Notes: generated by a model not told the origin, from the sequence alone. A stretch of DNA of 64,000 nt from Eledone cirrhosa (GCA_964016885.1 OZ024746.1:13702001-13766000), one strand, 5' to 3'. Positions 15,637 through 29,959 are shown, counted from the first letter of the stretch. Numbers and translations are program-made.

Positions 15637-15742
15637 CATATATGTAAGAACTGTAAAACTTATATAAATATAGTATTTCTCCTATAATGGTGTCTATATT
15701 GTTTACCTTTGTTTTTTTTATGTAACACTTACTCAATTATCC

Positions 15743-15958
<216 letters not shown>

Positions 15959-16980
15959 CGAAATGCTTGCTCAATGCGCAATAATAATTCCGCATTTATA
16001 AAATATTTACAGAGAGAAAATTCGTTCGATAAGTTACGAAGTATCCCCAAATATTTTGTATTGTTTTTGTGCAGTAGGCAAATAATATATACCCCATTGT
16101 AGATGGCATTCGTCCAATGGACCAATTACTATAAAGAAAAATAAATATATGCATCTGTATAAATTGATAGCAAACTAACTTGAGGATCAAAGTAGACAAA
16201 AATAATAAATGACATTACCAATTGGCATTATCAGAACATATTTACTCTAAATATAAACTTTTGAGAAACACAGCGGGAGACAGTTGAAGCATACGCACTG
16301 CATTTGAATATGCGCAGTGTCATAATGGTATCACTTGAAGATTTCTAACGTGAGGTCAGAACTGGGTCAGATTTTAGCCAGACGCATCTGAAATACTTAA
16401 TGTGGAGAATGAATCACTTTATCTCAACTATGAAAGGTAGACAATTGTATTTCGATTGAACTCAGATCAGAACAGAGATTTCAGAGGCTATTAATTTGTG
16501 ATTTATTTTTGGAGGAAGTGTTGGACAGTGATAAAAATAGCTTTCAGATTTGGATACAATAAACTAAGTAAATTACTTCATTGGGAAACTCTGTCGCATA
16601 CACCGAAACTACATAAATCAACAACGAAATCTTTTGCACTATTTATGGAGAAATATAATTCTCGTCGTCACCCGTTATTCACTCTTACCTGTCCTCCCAT
16701 GCTAAAAACTCACAATCTATATGACGTAATCACAGTGAATTAAAGTTTTAAAATGTTCTGTTTCACAGGTTCTGTTCTTCACACAATCTATCACTTTACA
16801 CACATTGTCTTTATTTATTTTGTGTTTTGTGCAATGTATTGATTGTAATACAACTACCACACAATTCTGTGGCAGATCTCACACAATGAAAGCTCTCTTG
16901 TGGGGGACATTTCAATGACATGATTGGATGTTTGCAGTATTTGTGACCAGGTATCTTGGGTGAATATTGTATTGAAGAAT

Positions 16981-17197
16981 AATTATTTCTACTTAGACAC
17001 AAAGCCAGCAATTTTGAGGGAGGGGAAATTCGATTAAATCGACCCCAGAGCATTACTGGTGCTTTATTTTATCGACCCCGTAAGGATGAAAAGCAAAGCT
17101 AACCTCGGCGAGATTTGAACTCAGAACGTAAAGGGACGTAACTCTATGCTGCAAAGCATGATGTCCGACGCTCTACCGATACTGCCAACCCACTGCC
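16981..17197 (-). mobile_element. SINE family A, long-tail variant, with 16-bp TSD
   Basis: Full copy; TTGTATTGAAGAATAA is duplicated at 16967-16982 and 17201-17216. Confidence 0.92.
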
Positions 17198-17383
17198 ATT
17201 TTGTATTGAAGAATAACTAACAATATTCTTCCATTGTTTCTCTGAAGTGAGATAACTTCTTTATTACTAACATGATGTTTTATTATAGAGACAAATATAT
17301 TTTTTGGAAATATCTGAGATCCAAAGAGTGTAACAATCTATTATAGAAACACCTTCACACAAACTTCCGTCGTTTATATTGAT

Positions 17384-17480
17384 CCAGTACATTACTGGTA
17401 CTTTATTTTATCGACCCCGTAAGGATGAAAGGCAAAGTTAACCTCGGCGGGATTTGAACTCAGAATGTAAAGGGACGTTA
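17384..17480 (-). mobile_element. SINE family A, partial
   Basis: Core and B-box only. Confidence 0.8.
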
Positions 17481-18958
17481 ACACAGAAATAGTTAAGTGA
17501 ATCATAAACGACTTTCACACACACACACCACACACACACCACACACCCACACACACCACACACACACACTCACACCACACACACACACCACACACACCAC
17601 ACACACACACACACCACACACACACAGACAATTTCTTATATAATATCAGATATGACAGAATGATGACGTTCACAAAAATGTCATTTTTGTTAAGGTGAAA
17701 TGTTATTGTTTAAATTGACTCTAATCGCGAATTAGACAATAAAAAGAGAACCACATCATCATCATCATTAAAATTATTATCATCATCTTTAACATCAACT
17801 ACTGTAACAACAACAATAACAGCAGCAATATCGAAAACATCAGAGACTATATAAATGGTGGATTATATTGTCTACTTAATCGAACATTAATCAAAATGAA
17901 AGGATATAGTAATAAAGAAATAACCCTTACCGGTTATTATCATTGCATGTCCAGCTGAAGTGTCAAAATTGAGAGACAGTTTAGAAATATTCAGCTGCGA
18001 CGACTTTTGACTTTTGAACTATTTATTCAAGTAACAATAGACGTAAATATTCCAGGAAGACAACAAGTTTGAAGATACTGTTAGCTTCCTAAGAATATAA
18101 GAAGAGAATGTTATGTTATCAAGCAGATGTTTCTGAACAGTTTCTTCAATAAATTTCCAACTTATAGCATCAAAATTGAAGTTTGAGTAGGAAGAAAAAT
18201 AGAGCCTTTTAATTGGTGTCTTTTAGCTTCAAAGTAACTCAACCACCTTACTTTAGTTTTTTTTTCTTCTTGGTTTTATTTAGTAGTTTACAGGAGATGT
18301 TTCTTTCAAGTATTTTCTTCTTCTTATTACTTTATATTCGAACTCAGTATATTCTAATTGCAGTAAATTAAATGAAAAGCACACTCTCCAAATTAGTATT
18401 TTGCTATCAATTTTGGCTATTTTAAGACTGAAAACAAAATTCACTTCTTTTCACCAAGAAACTTCGTTATCTTAGATATAAATAGAGGATAACTGAAGTG
18501 CTCAAGGCAGCAGAACGCCGAATGAAATGCATTACATTAATTAATTATACCTCACTGTTTTCCTAGTTTAAAATGTTTAGTGTCGATCTAAACTTCCACA
18601 TCTCCTCTGTCAGTAAGATAAATAACACAAATATAATATAACAATAATATAATATAATAACACAAATATAATATAACAATTAGCCTTATGTTTAAAAAAT
18701 ATATTATTTTAGATATTAATGATTTTGATACATGGTTGAATATATTTCACTTTCTTTACGCCAACGATTTTTGTTAGCTTTCTATAAGAAACAAATAACC
18801 TCATTATTTACGAATATTTGTAATTCTAATTGAATAATGTTTTCTGGCTTACAACCTCATCTTTTCCGTTTCACCTTATAAGTATTTATTTTACGAAGAA
18901 TTTCCATGTTCTTTCTACTACACTACGAGGAAGTAAACAAGAAATGACCAATTAAAAT

Positions 18959-19142
18959 AATTGTTTCTACTTTAGGCACAAGGCCAGCAATTACCCAGTT
19001 CATTACTGGTACTTTATTTTATCGACCCCGTAAGGATGAAAGGCAAAGTCAACCTCGGCGGGATTTGAACTCAGATCGTAAAGGGACGTAACTATGCTGG
19101 AAAGCATGGCGTCCGACCCTCTATCGATACTGCCAATCCACT
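18959..19142 (-). mobile_element. SINE family A
   Basis: Near-full copy flanked by the direct repeat taaaataatt. Confidence 0.88.
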
Positions 19143-19758
19143 AAAATAATTTTTTTATTTTTTATTACTGACACCCATTAGATTTACTGATTAAGAATCT
19201 CCATCTCAGTTCTTTTAATTTTCATCGTATTTACTGTAGAGTTTATTTCATAGAGGCAATTATATAAATATCAAAACCGCCGAAAACTTTTCAATTTTCT
19301 ACAATAGTTATGTATTTCCGTATAGCTTGTTGTCACCTGGAATTATCTTCTCCACTGACTTACACAATTGTGATTTCTAATTCCAAGACATTTAATGTTC
19401 TGTTATTTTTCATGTTATTGTTTCAGCTCTAATTATCAATTTTATTCTTCTTTCCATCTCTTGTGAAGCTCTAACTCTTCTGAGAGACCCATGGAGTGTA
19501 TTGATACCTCTGATTAGTCTTTCTCTGTTATATTGAAAAGACATCCAAATTCTATAATAAGGTAAAGTCACAACATATTACTTTTTACGTTACCTTATAC
19601 TTGTGAGTTGTCACAGCTGTTAGACATTTCTGTCACTTAGGAATGTCTTTTTAAGAGAGTATATTTCTTGTTTACGAAATTCTGTATTTTAAGTTTCTCA
19701 GAAATAAAAGGACATCTAAGTAGGTTGATTAAATGTTGTTACCTCGTCTAATATCACT

Positions 19759-19865
19759 CTTCTTCTTCTTCTTCTTCTTCTTCTTCTTCTTCTTCTTCTT
19801 CTTCTTCTTCTTCTTCTTCTTCTTCTTCTTCTTCTTCTTCTTCTTCTTCTTCTTCTTCTTCTTCT
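19759..19865. repeat. (TTC)n microsatellite
   Basis: Direct inspection. Confidence 0.97.
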
Positions 19866-19994
19866 AGATTATATATAGTTTAAGAAATATTTAATTAAAC
19901 GAAGATTACCGTTAACATGGCTGACGGCTAGATATAAAAAAAATCTGTAATTTTTCCATTATACTCTGAATCCAGTCCAAGTATTATATAAACA

Positions 19995-20222
19995 AGGCGA
20001 ACTAACAGAGTCATTTGAGCGTCAGATTAAATGTCTAGCGGTATTTGATCCGGCTCTCTGAGCGCTGAATTTAAATTCCGCTGGGAATAATTTTGCTTTT
20101 CATCCTTTTGAGTCGATAAATATTACTCAAGTGAGGTGGATTGGTGGCATTATTAAAGAATCAGATAGGATCCTGTTTGGTATCTGTTCCGACTCTGCGT
20201 GTTCTCGGTTCAACTCTCGCCT
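19995..20222 (+). mobile_element. Two old SINE family A-related fragments in tandem
   Basis: tttgcttttcatccttttgagtcgataaa core, followed by a second head ggtggattggtggc...ggttcaactctcgcc. Confidence 0.55.
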
Positions 20223-21279
20223 CTATTCAACGAAACGATAGCAAGATAGGACTGGCGATACTATCATTAAAACACTTAAAAGGCTACCTACGATACGCAA
20301 ACTTACAGGAGGCCAGCTAAACCTACGTAGCCGTGAGTCTCAATAACACCAATAACAATAATATTCATTATTGTTGGCACAGTAAACCACAGATAGTTAT
20401 TTAAACAGCATGTAACACAGGATAGGCCCCGCCCAGTAAAGTCTACATGCAGGTTGCCATCTCCAGTGTAAACTAATTCTTTTATTTTATGCCAGCAACT
20501 TTCTTGGAAATTTTTTGAACATCACATAATGTCATTTTTACTGCTTACAATGTTATGGGCCGTTCCAGAATTAAGAACTTAATTTGAATGGAAAGTATTG
20601 TTAAGCGTCTAGCGAACTATGTGTGCAAGTTGGTATCGTTTCCCAGTTGGAATTAATTTCCTTTACTTACGTTCTTTATGCCAATAATTCCCCTGAGAAA
20701 TGAATAGATGCCAATCAATCAGACTTCGCTTACCTATAAATTTGTATTCCAATATCTAAAGAAGAAATTATTTCCCAGTTAACTGGGGGTTTATCACCGA
20801 CTCATTCTTTCCATTTTATTATGCATTCAATGTTGAATGTGTTGTTCACTGCCTTAATCGTAATGTCTACCTTTTAGTAGCTTGTTACAATAACAATTAT
20901 TGTCAAGAATATCTTTTCAACAATTTCAATGAATACAATTACTTCTGGGGTAAAATGCAGAAAGAGAAAAACTGACACAGAAGTTCTTTTCTTTCGTCAG
21001 CCTATTTCTCCACCATTTTCTGCCCCACTGACTCAATATCGTGTTCATTGATGACAAAAGTACTTAAATCTTTGTCCCAGTCTACTTAGCAGTAAATAGA
21101 TCTCCAGGAGTGGATTAACTACATAGCTAAACGTTGTTGGATTAACTTGTATTGATCTACATTTTTCTTTGAGTCATGATTAGATCACAAGAAAATATTT
21201 CTGTTCCTTAGCAAGAGGAATTTGAAAGAATAATCTGGAGTATAAAACTCTGTAACTACTTAAAAAGGTAGAAGAGAAT

Positions 21280-21700
21280 ATCCACTATAATATCCACTGT
21301 TGTATATTATATAGCATATAATATCCCCTTTATAATATATGGTATCTCCACTATAGCATATGATATCTCCTTTATAATATATGGTGTCTCCACTATAATA
21401 TATATCTCTACTATATCATATTATATCTCCTTTATAATATATGGTATAACCATGATAGCATATGATATCTCTTTATAATATATGGTATCTCCACTATAAT
21501 ATACGACATCTCCACTTTAGTGTCTTCCTCTTAGCATATGGTATTGCTACTATAGGATATGATACCATGGTATATGATATATCTCATAGTATACAGTATC
21601 TCCTACATAGTATACAGTATCTCCTACATAGTATATGGTACCTCCACTTTGGCATTTGATATCTTCACTGCGGTATATGAAATATCCCATTTAGAAAATG
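21280..21700. repeat. Degenerate ~20-bp tandem repeat
   Basis: Recurrent atatctccactataatatatgg-like units. Confidence 0.75.
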
Positions 21701-22488
21701 ATATCCACATTAAAGTACATGTTTCTACTGTGTCGCAATGTCATACACTCTCAAGGTAAAGTTCACGTTAACATATTCAATGAAGGGAACGTTACAAGCT
21801 AACTAGAAATACTTGTGCGGCGAGGAGAAAACAAAATTAGCCAGGTACTAATATTGTTTATATTTTCAAGCAAATACGCAAGACTATTCCGGATATGTTT
21901 CTGCCTGATTCTAAACTCATTAGCGAAGTCAATATACTTGTTAACATAATGATGAAAGTAACTGTACTAAGTAACTGTACAAGACTGTATATTGGTTGGC
22001 GGAGGAAGAAAATACAAAAAATAGAAGGCGATGTTTTGCTGATGAAATCAGAATAAGATTCAAACAAATTATATTTTGTCTCTCGAACTTGCCGGAAGAA
22101 CAAAAATATTGTTAGTTACCTTTTTTATATTTACACATTAAATATGTTAACACCATCTAATGTCTTTCAAGCTGATGGCTTCTCCGAATTATTTACAGGT
22201 AGAATACATTCTCTGATTTTAGTTAGTGCTCTGGAAACGTAGTTAGTTCTCCATGAAATGCTTTGCCGATTTGGTTTTGATTTCCTTTTTAAAACATTTC
22301 ACTTCATTTGCGCCGACATACTTTTCTGAAAATTATGGCTTTTTCAAAGTATCATTTACACTTCCTTAAACATCTGAAGAATCATTTCGATACCATAGCT
22401 TCCCTTGGGTCTCATGGCTCCAGCATAACATTTCCTAATTATTTGAGGAAACATCACAGCAAATCTCTCCCCCTCTCTCTCTCTCTCT

Positions 22489-22550
<62 letters not shown>

Positions 22551-22556
<6 letters not shown>

Positions 22557-22662
22557 TAATAAAAATAATGAATAAAAACAAAGAAACAGTTCCTTATATT
22601 AAAAAAATTTTTAATATAAGGAACTGTTTCTTTGTTTTTATTCATTATTTTTATTAATTTAT
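22551..22662. repeat. Perfect ~112-bp AT-rich palindrome abutting (TA)n
   Basis: ataaattaataaaaataatg...ccttatattaaaaa / tttttaatataagg...cattatttttattaatttat. Confidence 0.93.
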
Positions 22663-22789
22663 CTTGACTCTGTTTTCCTGTATTTTTCATCGAAAAAATT
22701 TTGAATACATCTTCACTTTTCATGATATTTGGATTACATTGAGTTCTTCATACGGATTGGACACTACCGTACATTTTGGTAGATTTATC

Positions 22790-22855
<66 letters not shown>

Positions 22856-22862
22856 TATATAT

Positions 22863-23160
<298 letters not shown>

Positions 23161-23261
23161 GTATTATCTATATACATATACATATATATATACACAAATA
23201 TATATATACATATATATATATGTATTTATCTATATACATATACATATACATATATATATAC

Positions 23262-23310
<49 letters not shown>

Positions 23311-23315
<5 letters not shown>

Positions 23316-23512
23316 AAAACCACAGACCCTCCATCTCAACTCACCTTTTGAAAAGCAGAAGAACTGCGAAACCGGTAAAGGAACCAAATAAATATATATA
23401 TTTAAAAAAAAAATAAGACTCCAGTTGCATTTTCGATTTCATCTCTTTTTCATTATACTTTCACTCGTGTAGGACACCTCGGTTATTTTTCATTTTGTAA
23501 AAAAAACCTCAC

Positions 23513-23518
<6 letters not shown>
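23311..23518 (+). mobile_element. TA-embedded PLE-like terminal repeat (family G) carrying a hammerhead
   Basis: Homologous to 51975-52105 and, inverted, to 52230-52410; (TA)n on both sides. Confidence 0.7.
23344..23381 (+). ncRNA. Minimal type I hammerhead ribozyme, U3:A8 core variant
   Basis: cctt-TTGAAAA-GCAG(aagaa)CTGC-GAA-ACCGGT-A-aagg: stem I cctt/aagg, stem II GCAG/CTGC, palindromic stem III ACCGGT, GUA cleavage triplet. Confidence 0.7.
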
Positions 23519-23588
<70 letters not shown>

Positions 23589-23589
23589 G

Positions 23590-23684
<95 letters not shown>

Positions 23685-23685
<1 letters not shown>

Positions 23686-23757
23686 ACGAAGAAATGTGGT
23701 AAGTCCAGAATTAGCCGTCGAAACGGCTTGAGCTCAGCCGTCGGAGTCCTACTCGTT

Positions 23758-23762
<5 letters not shown>
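23685..23762. mobile_element. Family F internal-deletion derivative
   Basis: Body start aacgaagaaatgtggtaag is fused directly to one hairpin arm; both termini retained; TA-flanked. Confidence 0.75.
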
Positions 23763-23799
<37 letters not shown>

Positions 23800-24194
23800 G
23801 TGTGTGTGTGTGTATAAATCACTGGATTTACAACAGAATGATGGGAAAGTTGTGTTTTTATTTGTTTTCTCTTTTACATGTTAAGGTGATATAACATCTA
23901 ATGAGTTACTGCCCAGTGATTATGGCAATTAGATTGAAGAGGAGACAAACAAAAAGGCCAGCATTAGTTACGTTGTAGGTAACCAGTCTGAGGTATTCAT
24001 TAAGCATTCATTACAGGATTTAAACTGATTACTCTCTTATTGTTAATCACTTCTTATTGTAATGCCAGTTAATAGACTACACAGTACAAAAGATTTAATC
24101 GGAATAATAACACACAAAATCAGATTAATAGTAGAAACTTTCAATGAAGCAAAAGAGCTGGATTTTGCCACTTTAAATTGTTTCAGGTCTGTTG

Positions 24195-24250
<56 letters not shown>

Positions 24251-24317
24251 AGTGCAAAATATATATATATAAATTTATATACAGGTTTACATACACACAC
24301 ATATGTATGTATGTATG

Positions 24318-24351
<34 letters not shown>

Positions 24352-24372
24352 TGTATGCATGCGTGCATGTAT

Positions 24373-24440
24373 GAAGGCGCATGGCTTAGTGGTTAGAACA
24401 TTGGCCTTCCAGTCGGGAGGTTATGAGTTCGATTCTCTAC
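24373..24440 (+). mobile_element. SINE family B head only
   Basis: gaaggcgcatggcttagtggttaga...gagttcgattctc (A and B boxes). Confidence 0.75.
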
Positions 24441-25559
24441 GTGCAAATCCCATGGTCATTTGTGGCTGAAGGGGTTCTCCACCTTATATAGATAGATAGA
24501 TAGATGGATAACCCGCAGCCTAGTCGAAGTTTTTATATTTACATGACGAATGCACGAAAGCTGGATAGAAAACAGGGACGTTATTTTAAAGTGTATATAT
24601 AAAGTGTATATACAAAATATCAATGTTCACTATAGCTTTGAAACCCTCGCTGTTTGATGCAATCTAATATCAGTTCAGATGATATTACAGTAATTGTAGT
24701 TCAATATTATTACTTGTAAGAATTTTATCGACCCTGGAAAGATGAAAAGTACTATTTTATTAGGATGCACTTTTGTCTTTCCACGAGATTCAGTCTACAA
24801 AACCTTTTCTTTTGTAGCAATCAATTTAAGTCAATTTAAACCTTACTCAGTGTTATACGATGGAGAGAGCGGTTTAATATAGAATTGCATGTTCTACTCA
24901 ACAAAATTTAATTTCTTCCTTCTAGATTCTGGAGACTATGAAATAAATACCAGACATACATTCGAGGTTTGTGATGATGAATATAAATATTAGCTAATAT
25001 GGTAGTTGATGCTTAATTTTACATTAAGACAGTTCAATATCTCAGAGACATTGCTTTATTTGTTTCAATGAAATGGTTTATTTATGCATTTAAATTTATT
25101 GATAGCTGGAGAGCTTGCAATATTGAATTTGATTTCTGAGATTAACTGGACAGCTTAGGTATCATACAGAATTTTATCATGCAATTGATTATTAAAATTT
25201 TTATTGACTGTCATTCAAACTACTCAGAAGTCAATTTTAGTGTATCTTGGGCAACAATATTATTACTAAAGTTATCAATCAGAACCAAATGCCATGAATT
25301 AACGAAATACCCATCAGTTATACTATATCTTAACAGTTTATAGCGGTGTGATGTATTTCTAAATTTTGCTTTTATTTACAGATAAACAGACAGCCAATTC
25401 GCCGGCATCCTAATTATTAAGCTATCTGTCATACTCTATAAAGATACAGACACTTGAATTGTCAGATGAAGACACACAGACCAATTAACAGACAGAGAAG
25501 GAAACAGATAGACATACACGAATTACCTGAGAGGCAAACAGATAGACATACACGAAGAC

Positions 25560-25862
25560 ACACAGATCAACATAGAGGGAGATAAACATACACAAAGACA
25601 TACAGATCAACAGAGAGGGAGATAAACATACACAAAGACATACAGATCAACAGAGAGGGAGATCAACATACACCAAGACACACGGATCAACAGAGAGGGA
25701 GATCAACATACACCAAGACACACGGATCAACAGAGAGGGAGATCAACATACACCAAGACACACGGATCAACAGAGAGGGAGATAAACATACACAAAGTCA
25801 TACGGATCAACAGAGAGGGAGATAGACATACACCAAGACACAGAGATCATCAGAGAGGGAGA
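25560..25862. repeat. 40-bp minisatellite, ~7-8 copies
   Basis: Unit gatcaacagagagggagatmaacatacacmaagacayacr. Confidence 0.92.
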
Positions 25863-25894
25863 CTAATCAACACATAAGTACGTGCGACAGAGTA

Positions 25895-25992
25895 GTTTTG
25901 GTATTCCGCGCTCTGAGTTGAAATCCCACCAAGGTTTAGATTGTCTTTCACCTTTTAAAGATCAATAAATTAAGTACCAGCCGAATACTGGA
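25895..25992 (+). mobile_element. Old SINE family A fragment
   Basis: ctctgagttgaaatcccaccaagg...ataaattaagtaccag. Confidence 0.55.
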
Positions 25993-26443
25993 GCAGCCCG
26001 CTCTCCTTCTAGCTGCCACATTCTAAATATTTAGTTGGACTAAGAGAGGGGAGTTTTAAAGGGTGCCTGTGTCTGTTCGCGACTGCATGAGCACCTAAAA
26101 CTTTTAGTGAAAGCATGGTACATACTTGATTGCGAGCAATGTTTATAGTTTAGCCAAGTCATTGACAGCATGGAAGACTTCCTTTTTATGTAATATGTCA
26201 ACAGCTAGTTAGCATTACAGCCCATTCCCCTTTAATGTCTCTGACTACGACCGAGTTTATTGGTACGAAGAAAGCAATTTTGTTAGGAAAGAAAAGAGCG
26301 GCATTATGACGTTCTTTCTATTTTGATGTGCAGTAGCCCTGTAATTGAAATATAGTATAGCCCAACAGAAGCATACAGTTATTCTAGGACATTCATCTCA
26401 TAAATATAAGCAAGCAACTTGAAAAAGTAATTTTGAGGGGAAG

Positions 26444-26500
<57 letters not shown>

Positions 26501-26512
26501 CAAGGGTAAGAT

Positions 26513-26573
<61 letters not shown>

Positions 26574-26645
26574 ACATACACACATTACACACATATATAT
26601 ATAAATATAAATATATATATAATATATAATATATATATATATATT

Positions 26646-26686
<41 letters not shown>

Positions 26687-26948
26687 ATAAAAGAAGAGAC
26701 ATATATCATAAGAGTGGCAGAGAAAGAAGATATAATATATTAGATGACGATAGCCAAAGCGAAGTGTGCTCAATGCTTAGAGGTGCAATGTTAAATATTA
26801 TAGAAAGGTTAAGATTTAATGAGATTTAATCTCTGAAGATTCTATGTAAATATCCCTTGTAGCAACATAGATGCATCGGTACACACATATATATATAGAA
26901 CTTTTATATTGATATCGATGAAACACCGTGTAAGGAGTACATTTTGTT

Positions 26949-27018
<70 letters not shown>

Positions 27019-27175
27019 ATTTATATATATATATATTTATATATATATATATTAAATGTATATATTGAGTTAGGAACTCAAAATAGTCTCTTACAACAAA
27101 ATAGCTCTAAGAAAGAGATATTTCTGAGCCGTATATTATAATAGAATATAAAAGAAAAGCGAACACAGATATATA

Positions 27176-27555
27176 GATATATGTGTTCAAATTGTAAGGG
27201 ACCTGATTCGCTAAGGTGAAAAGAATACTAACTATAGACAATTGGGTTCGCTTGTCTCAATTTAAGAAAACATTAAAGAAAAAATTAAGAAAATAAATAC
27301 AAACCGGAATTGTGGTAACTACCAATCACCTAGACAACTTGTTGTTTCGCAAAGTTAATAGAAATATACATATATGTGTTCAAATCGTAAGGGACCTGAT
27401 TTGCTAAGGTGAAAAGAATACTAACTATAGACAATTGGGTTCGCTTGTCTCAATTTAAGAAAAAATTAAAGAAAAAATTAAGAATAATAAATCAAACCGG
27501 ATACAAAATTAAGAAAATAAATACAAACCTTAGCGAATCAGGTCCCTTACGATTT
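27176..27555. repeat. Tandem ~130-bp direct repeats plus a short inverted copy
   Basis: 27176-27309 ~ 27371-27501; 27527-27555 is the reverse complement of aaatcgtaagggacctgattcgctaaggt. Confidence 0.85.
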
Positions 27556-27672
27556 AGTAAGTCCAAATAAATCTGTTCTTCTATTTATTATAGAGTTGAA
27601 ATTCGAGATAATGGTAAATATTTCAACTAGACATAAATTACAAACACTAGATATGGAAACAAATGTCTGATC

Positions 27673-27723
<51 letters not shown>

Positions 27724-28002
27724 TCCTTTCTTTTTTCTTTTTTTCTTTTTTCTTTTTTCCTCTCCTCACTTTCTTTTTCCTTTTTCTCCTTCTTTTCTTT
27801 TTTTCTATTTTCCTATCCTTTTCTTACTATTATATTTTCTGTCATATGTAGGTTTTGCACTTTCCTGTTGACAAGTTTTTAGGCCTCATATCATGTTACC
27901 TTATTTTATCTGATGAGAACACAATTTTTGTCCCAGGATGATGTTGTTTTCGAAATGCGCATAATAAAATATATGGAACTTCTTTAACCATCTTTTAATT
28001 TC

Positions 28003-28153
<151 letters not shown>

Positions 28154-28155
28154 TA

Positions 28156-29101
28156 ATTTTCTTTATTAGCCACAAGGGCACAACAGAAGGGGACAAATAC
28201 AAATAGGGAGTTTACATACAGGATAAAACTATTAATACAATAACAAATAACAATTGAAATCCCCAATAGGGGGGGGGGGAGGTGTTACACAGGGGTTGTA
28301 CACACCCCGAAAAAATGTACAACCCTCATCTCCAGGAGCACCAAGAGTGAGTACTCCCATCCTCTCTTCCTCTTTTTCATCAACCTATAGGCTTATATAT
28401 AGAGAAGGCCCAACCACTCGGGCCATCTTTGTCACATTCACCCACCTTTTATAAAATTTGCTGGGGTATAGCACCTCTCTCTCCATCCTGATTCTTCTTC
28501 CAAAATGATATTTGAAAAAACGAATCAGTTGCTCGCCGGAGAGAAAGGTGTCTGACCTCAGCCCTTTTAACCTCGTCCACCATATAATCTCTTTCACCAT
28601 AGCCATAACACATAGGAAAACCGCCTCTCCCTCGTTTTTGAATGAGTGTGGCGGTTTGATCATGACAATGGATTCGGTGGTCAACTGGATTGGTCCCACC
28701 CGCGACAATAGTCGTTCTACATAGCCCCACAGGTCGGTAACGCCCAGGCAGTGTACAAATGCGTGTGCGACGGTTTCCTCGTCGCGTACGCATCTCGGAC
28801 AGATCGTTTTCGAAGGGTCCCTACCCGGGCGCCCGTGTCTGTAGAGCTTGTCTCGAACTGGTAGAGCTCCTCGGTAACACTGCCAGGCCAGGGACTTTTG
28901 GAAGTTGTCCATTGGTCCCGGGCGGAAGATCCTACCAAACAGACTGGCCAGTTAGTCCTCCTCTACGCCTAGAGTTTCTCCGAGCGTGTCGTCGCACTTA
29001 CTGCGGACCAACCCTCTATAGAATGTCGAAGTGGAGTCTCCACTGATCGCCAGAGGACTGTGAGCGCCTGAGCACATTCGATGTGCCAGTTGCCCATTTT
29101 C
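28156..29101 (-). mobile_element. 5'-truncated L1/Tx1-clade LINE (ORF2 C-terminus and 3' UTR)
   Basis: ORF 28385-28912: SLAWQCYRGALPVRDKL...CPRC...EETVAHAFVHC (zf-RVT-like motif); AATAAA near the 3' end; ATAGATA is repeated at 28149-28155 and 29102-29108. Confidence 0.88.
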
Positions 29102-29256
29102 ATAGATAGATATATTATTATAGTTAATACGAAGTATTGTGAGATATGTAACAAATGACTAAGTCACAAAAAGCCGGGACAATGTGGTAGAAATCTATAA
29201 AGGTATTTGAAAAGTGGGTGATAGTCCTTATTATGTTGAAATATACTGGGTAAAAC

Positions 29257-29474
29257 CAGACCTGCCTGTCAACTCTCCCCGTCCGACGGGGGAGATCTCC
29301 CACCCACTTTGCGGTGGGTGAAAGATGTCTTCTTTTGTGGAAATGGGTATAGCTTTCATTATGCAAAATGGGGAGATTATGTAAAATCTCCCCATTTTGC
29401 CCCATTTCTCTCCGTTTTGGGGCCCTTTTTTTCATGGTACTTCCGGTTTGGGTTTTAAAAGGTTGGTAGGTCTG
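29257..29474. mobile_element. MITE with 10-bp TIRs and 7-bp TSD (P- or hAT-like)
   Basis: CAGACCTGCC...GGTAGGTCTG termini; GTAAAAC immediately on both sides. Confidence 0.8.
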
Positions 29475-29497
29475 GTAAAACATTGTACTGGCTGTTT

Positions 29498-29819
<322 letters not shown>

Positions 29820-29959
29820 TATATACACAGTATATATATTCAAACATACACGTACATCCACATGTACATGAATATTTACATGTGGATGTGTGATGTGAAA
29901 GAGCGAGTATTCGATCGTGTATGTATATGTAAGAGTGTAAAATAAAGGGAAAGAGAGCA

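Larger units (their letters stand above)
17950..22440 (-). pseudogene. Heavily decayed hAT (Charlie/SPIN/GTF2IRD2-like) transposase, interrupted by younger repeats
   Basis: Colinear minus-strand motif remnants: IRECILP and EAISL (~22150-22230); STPGDLF, VDWDK and CILPQ (~20945-21120; cf. TTGEDIF, LDWxK, HCIIHQE); TKVRWLS (~18237-18258; cf. HTEVRWLS). Confidence 0.45.
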
